From: Lingula anatina
Lineage: Eukaryota; Animalia; Brachiopoda
DNA length: 64,000 nt
Assembly: GCA_051362555.1 (NCBI GenBank)
Contig: CM120642.1
Coordinates: 26,412,001 to 26,476,000 of the forward strand
Direction: 5' to 3'
Shown: in pieces, positions 63,701 through 64,000 of the stretch
How positions within the stretch are numbered: position 1 is the first letter of the stretch
Layout of the letters: each line of letters starts with the position of its first letter
Made by a program: the position numbers and the translations under genes
Notes under the pieces: model-generated
Told to the model about the DNA's origin: nothing
The model's input: only the letters and a program-made list of their open reading frames with translations
Databases searched by the model: none

Positions 63701-63918
63701 GGATGTCCATTCTGTGTTAAGGTATTTTCTTGGAGATACTGACCTCATCTTGCATTCTGACTTAACCGTTTCAGATCACTGGTTGCTGTAACCGTGTCTC
63801 CCTTTCCATGCTGGTACGACCTGCAGTGAAGATCCCCTTCATGGCGGTGTGTGAGGTCCACAGGAAGCGTCTTAAGCTACACCAGTGTTGCCCTGGCTGT
63901 GGTATCTACTGCTCTCAG
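48700..63918 (+). CDS. EHMT1/2: Euchromatic histone H3K9 methyltransferase EHMT1/2 (GLP/G9a) homologue, 5' part (continues beyond the window)
   Basis: Exons 63485-63631 and 63775-63918 encode IPLCCCKING..YCQALESIDGK|ITGCCN..LVRPAVKIPFMAVCEVHRKRLKLHQCCPGCGIYCSQ, the Cys-rich region of G9a/GLP (C.A.ES.DG...GC.....RP......CE.HR.R...H.CCPGCG.FC). Upstream in-phase exons: 48700-48714, (50327-50339, 50911-50944 tentative), 54547-56812, 57203-57302, 57884-57913, 58577-58750, 60390-60449, 62055-62117, 62377-62696, 62935-63087. Ankyrin repeats and SET domain are expected downstream and are not in the window. Confidence 0.88.
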
Positions 63919-64000
63919 GTAAACAAGTGTCAAGGAGATACCTCTTTCACTTGATCATTAATCTGAATGTCAGATCATTAATTGCAGTTTGCAATTTCTG

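Overview
AT-rich, intron-containing animal DNA, most likely a marine invertebrate (species not determinable here). No prokaryotic features, CRISPR, rRNA or tRNA were recognised. All gene models were assembled by hand from GT-AG sites and frame continuity; domain calls are from motif recognition, not database searches. (1) A complete 29-coding-exon minus-strand gene (23302->5592, ~1823 aa) encodes a type II membrane protein with an unusual architecture: cytoplasmic tail, TM, a betaglycan/endoglin (TGFBR3) orphan-domain-like module, SRCR-SRCR-MAM-SRCR-MAM-SRCR-MAM-MAM-SRCR, a chitin-binding type 2 domain and a QPD C-type lectin domain. (2) Two tandem 4-exon paralogues (33416->30364, 37958->35373) encode secreted CBM2-like + VWC-like proteins. 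Each duplicated unit carries two alternative ATG exons, and each copy has inactivated the opposite one (reciprocal subfunctionalisation). (3) The 5' part of an EHMT1/2 (GLP/G9a) H3K9 methyltransferase gene (+, 48700 to beyond the window end) has a cluster of H3K9-mimic motifs. Also present: two PIF/Harbinger-type non-autonomous elements with TIRs and TSDs, a ~400 bp tandem duplication, satellites, and a possible partial gene at the left edge.
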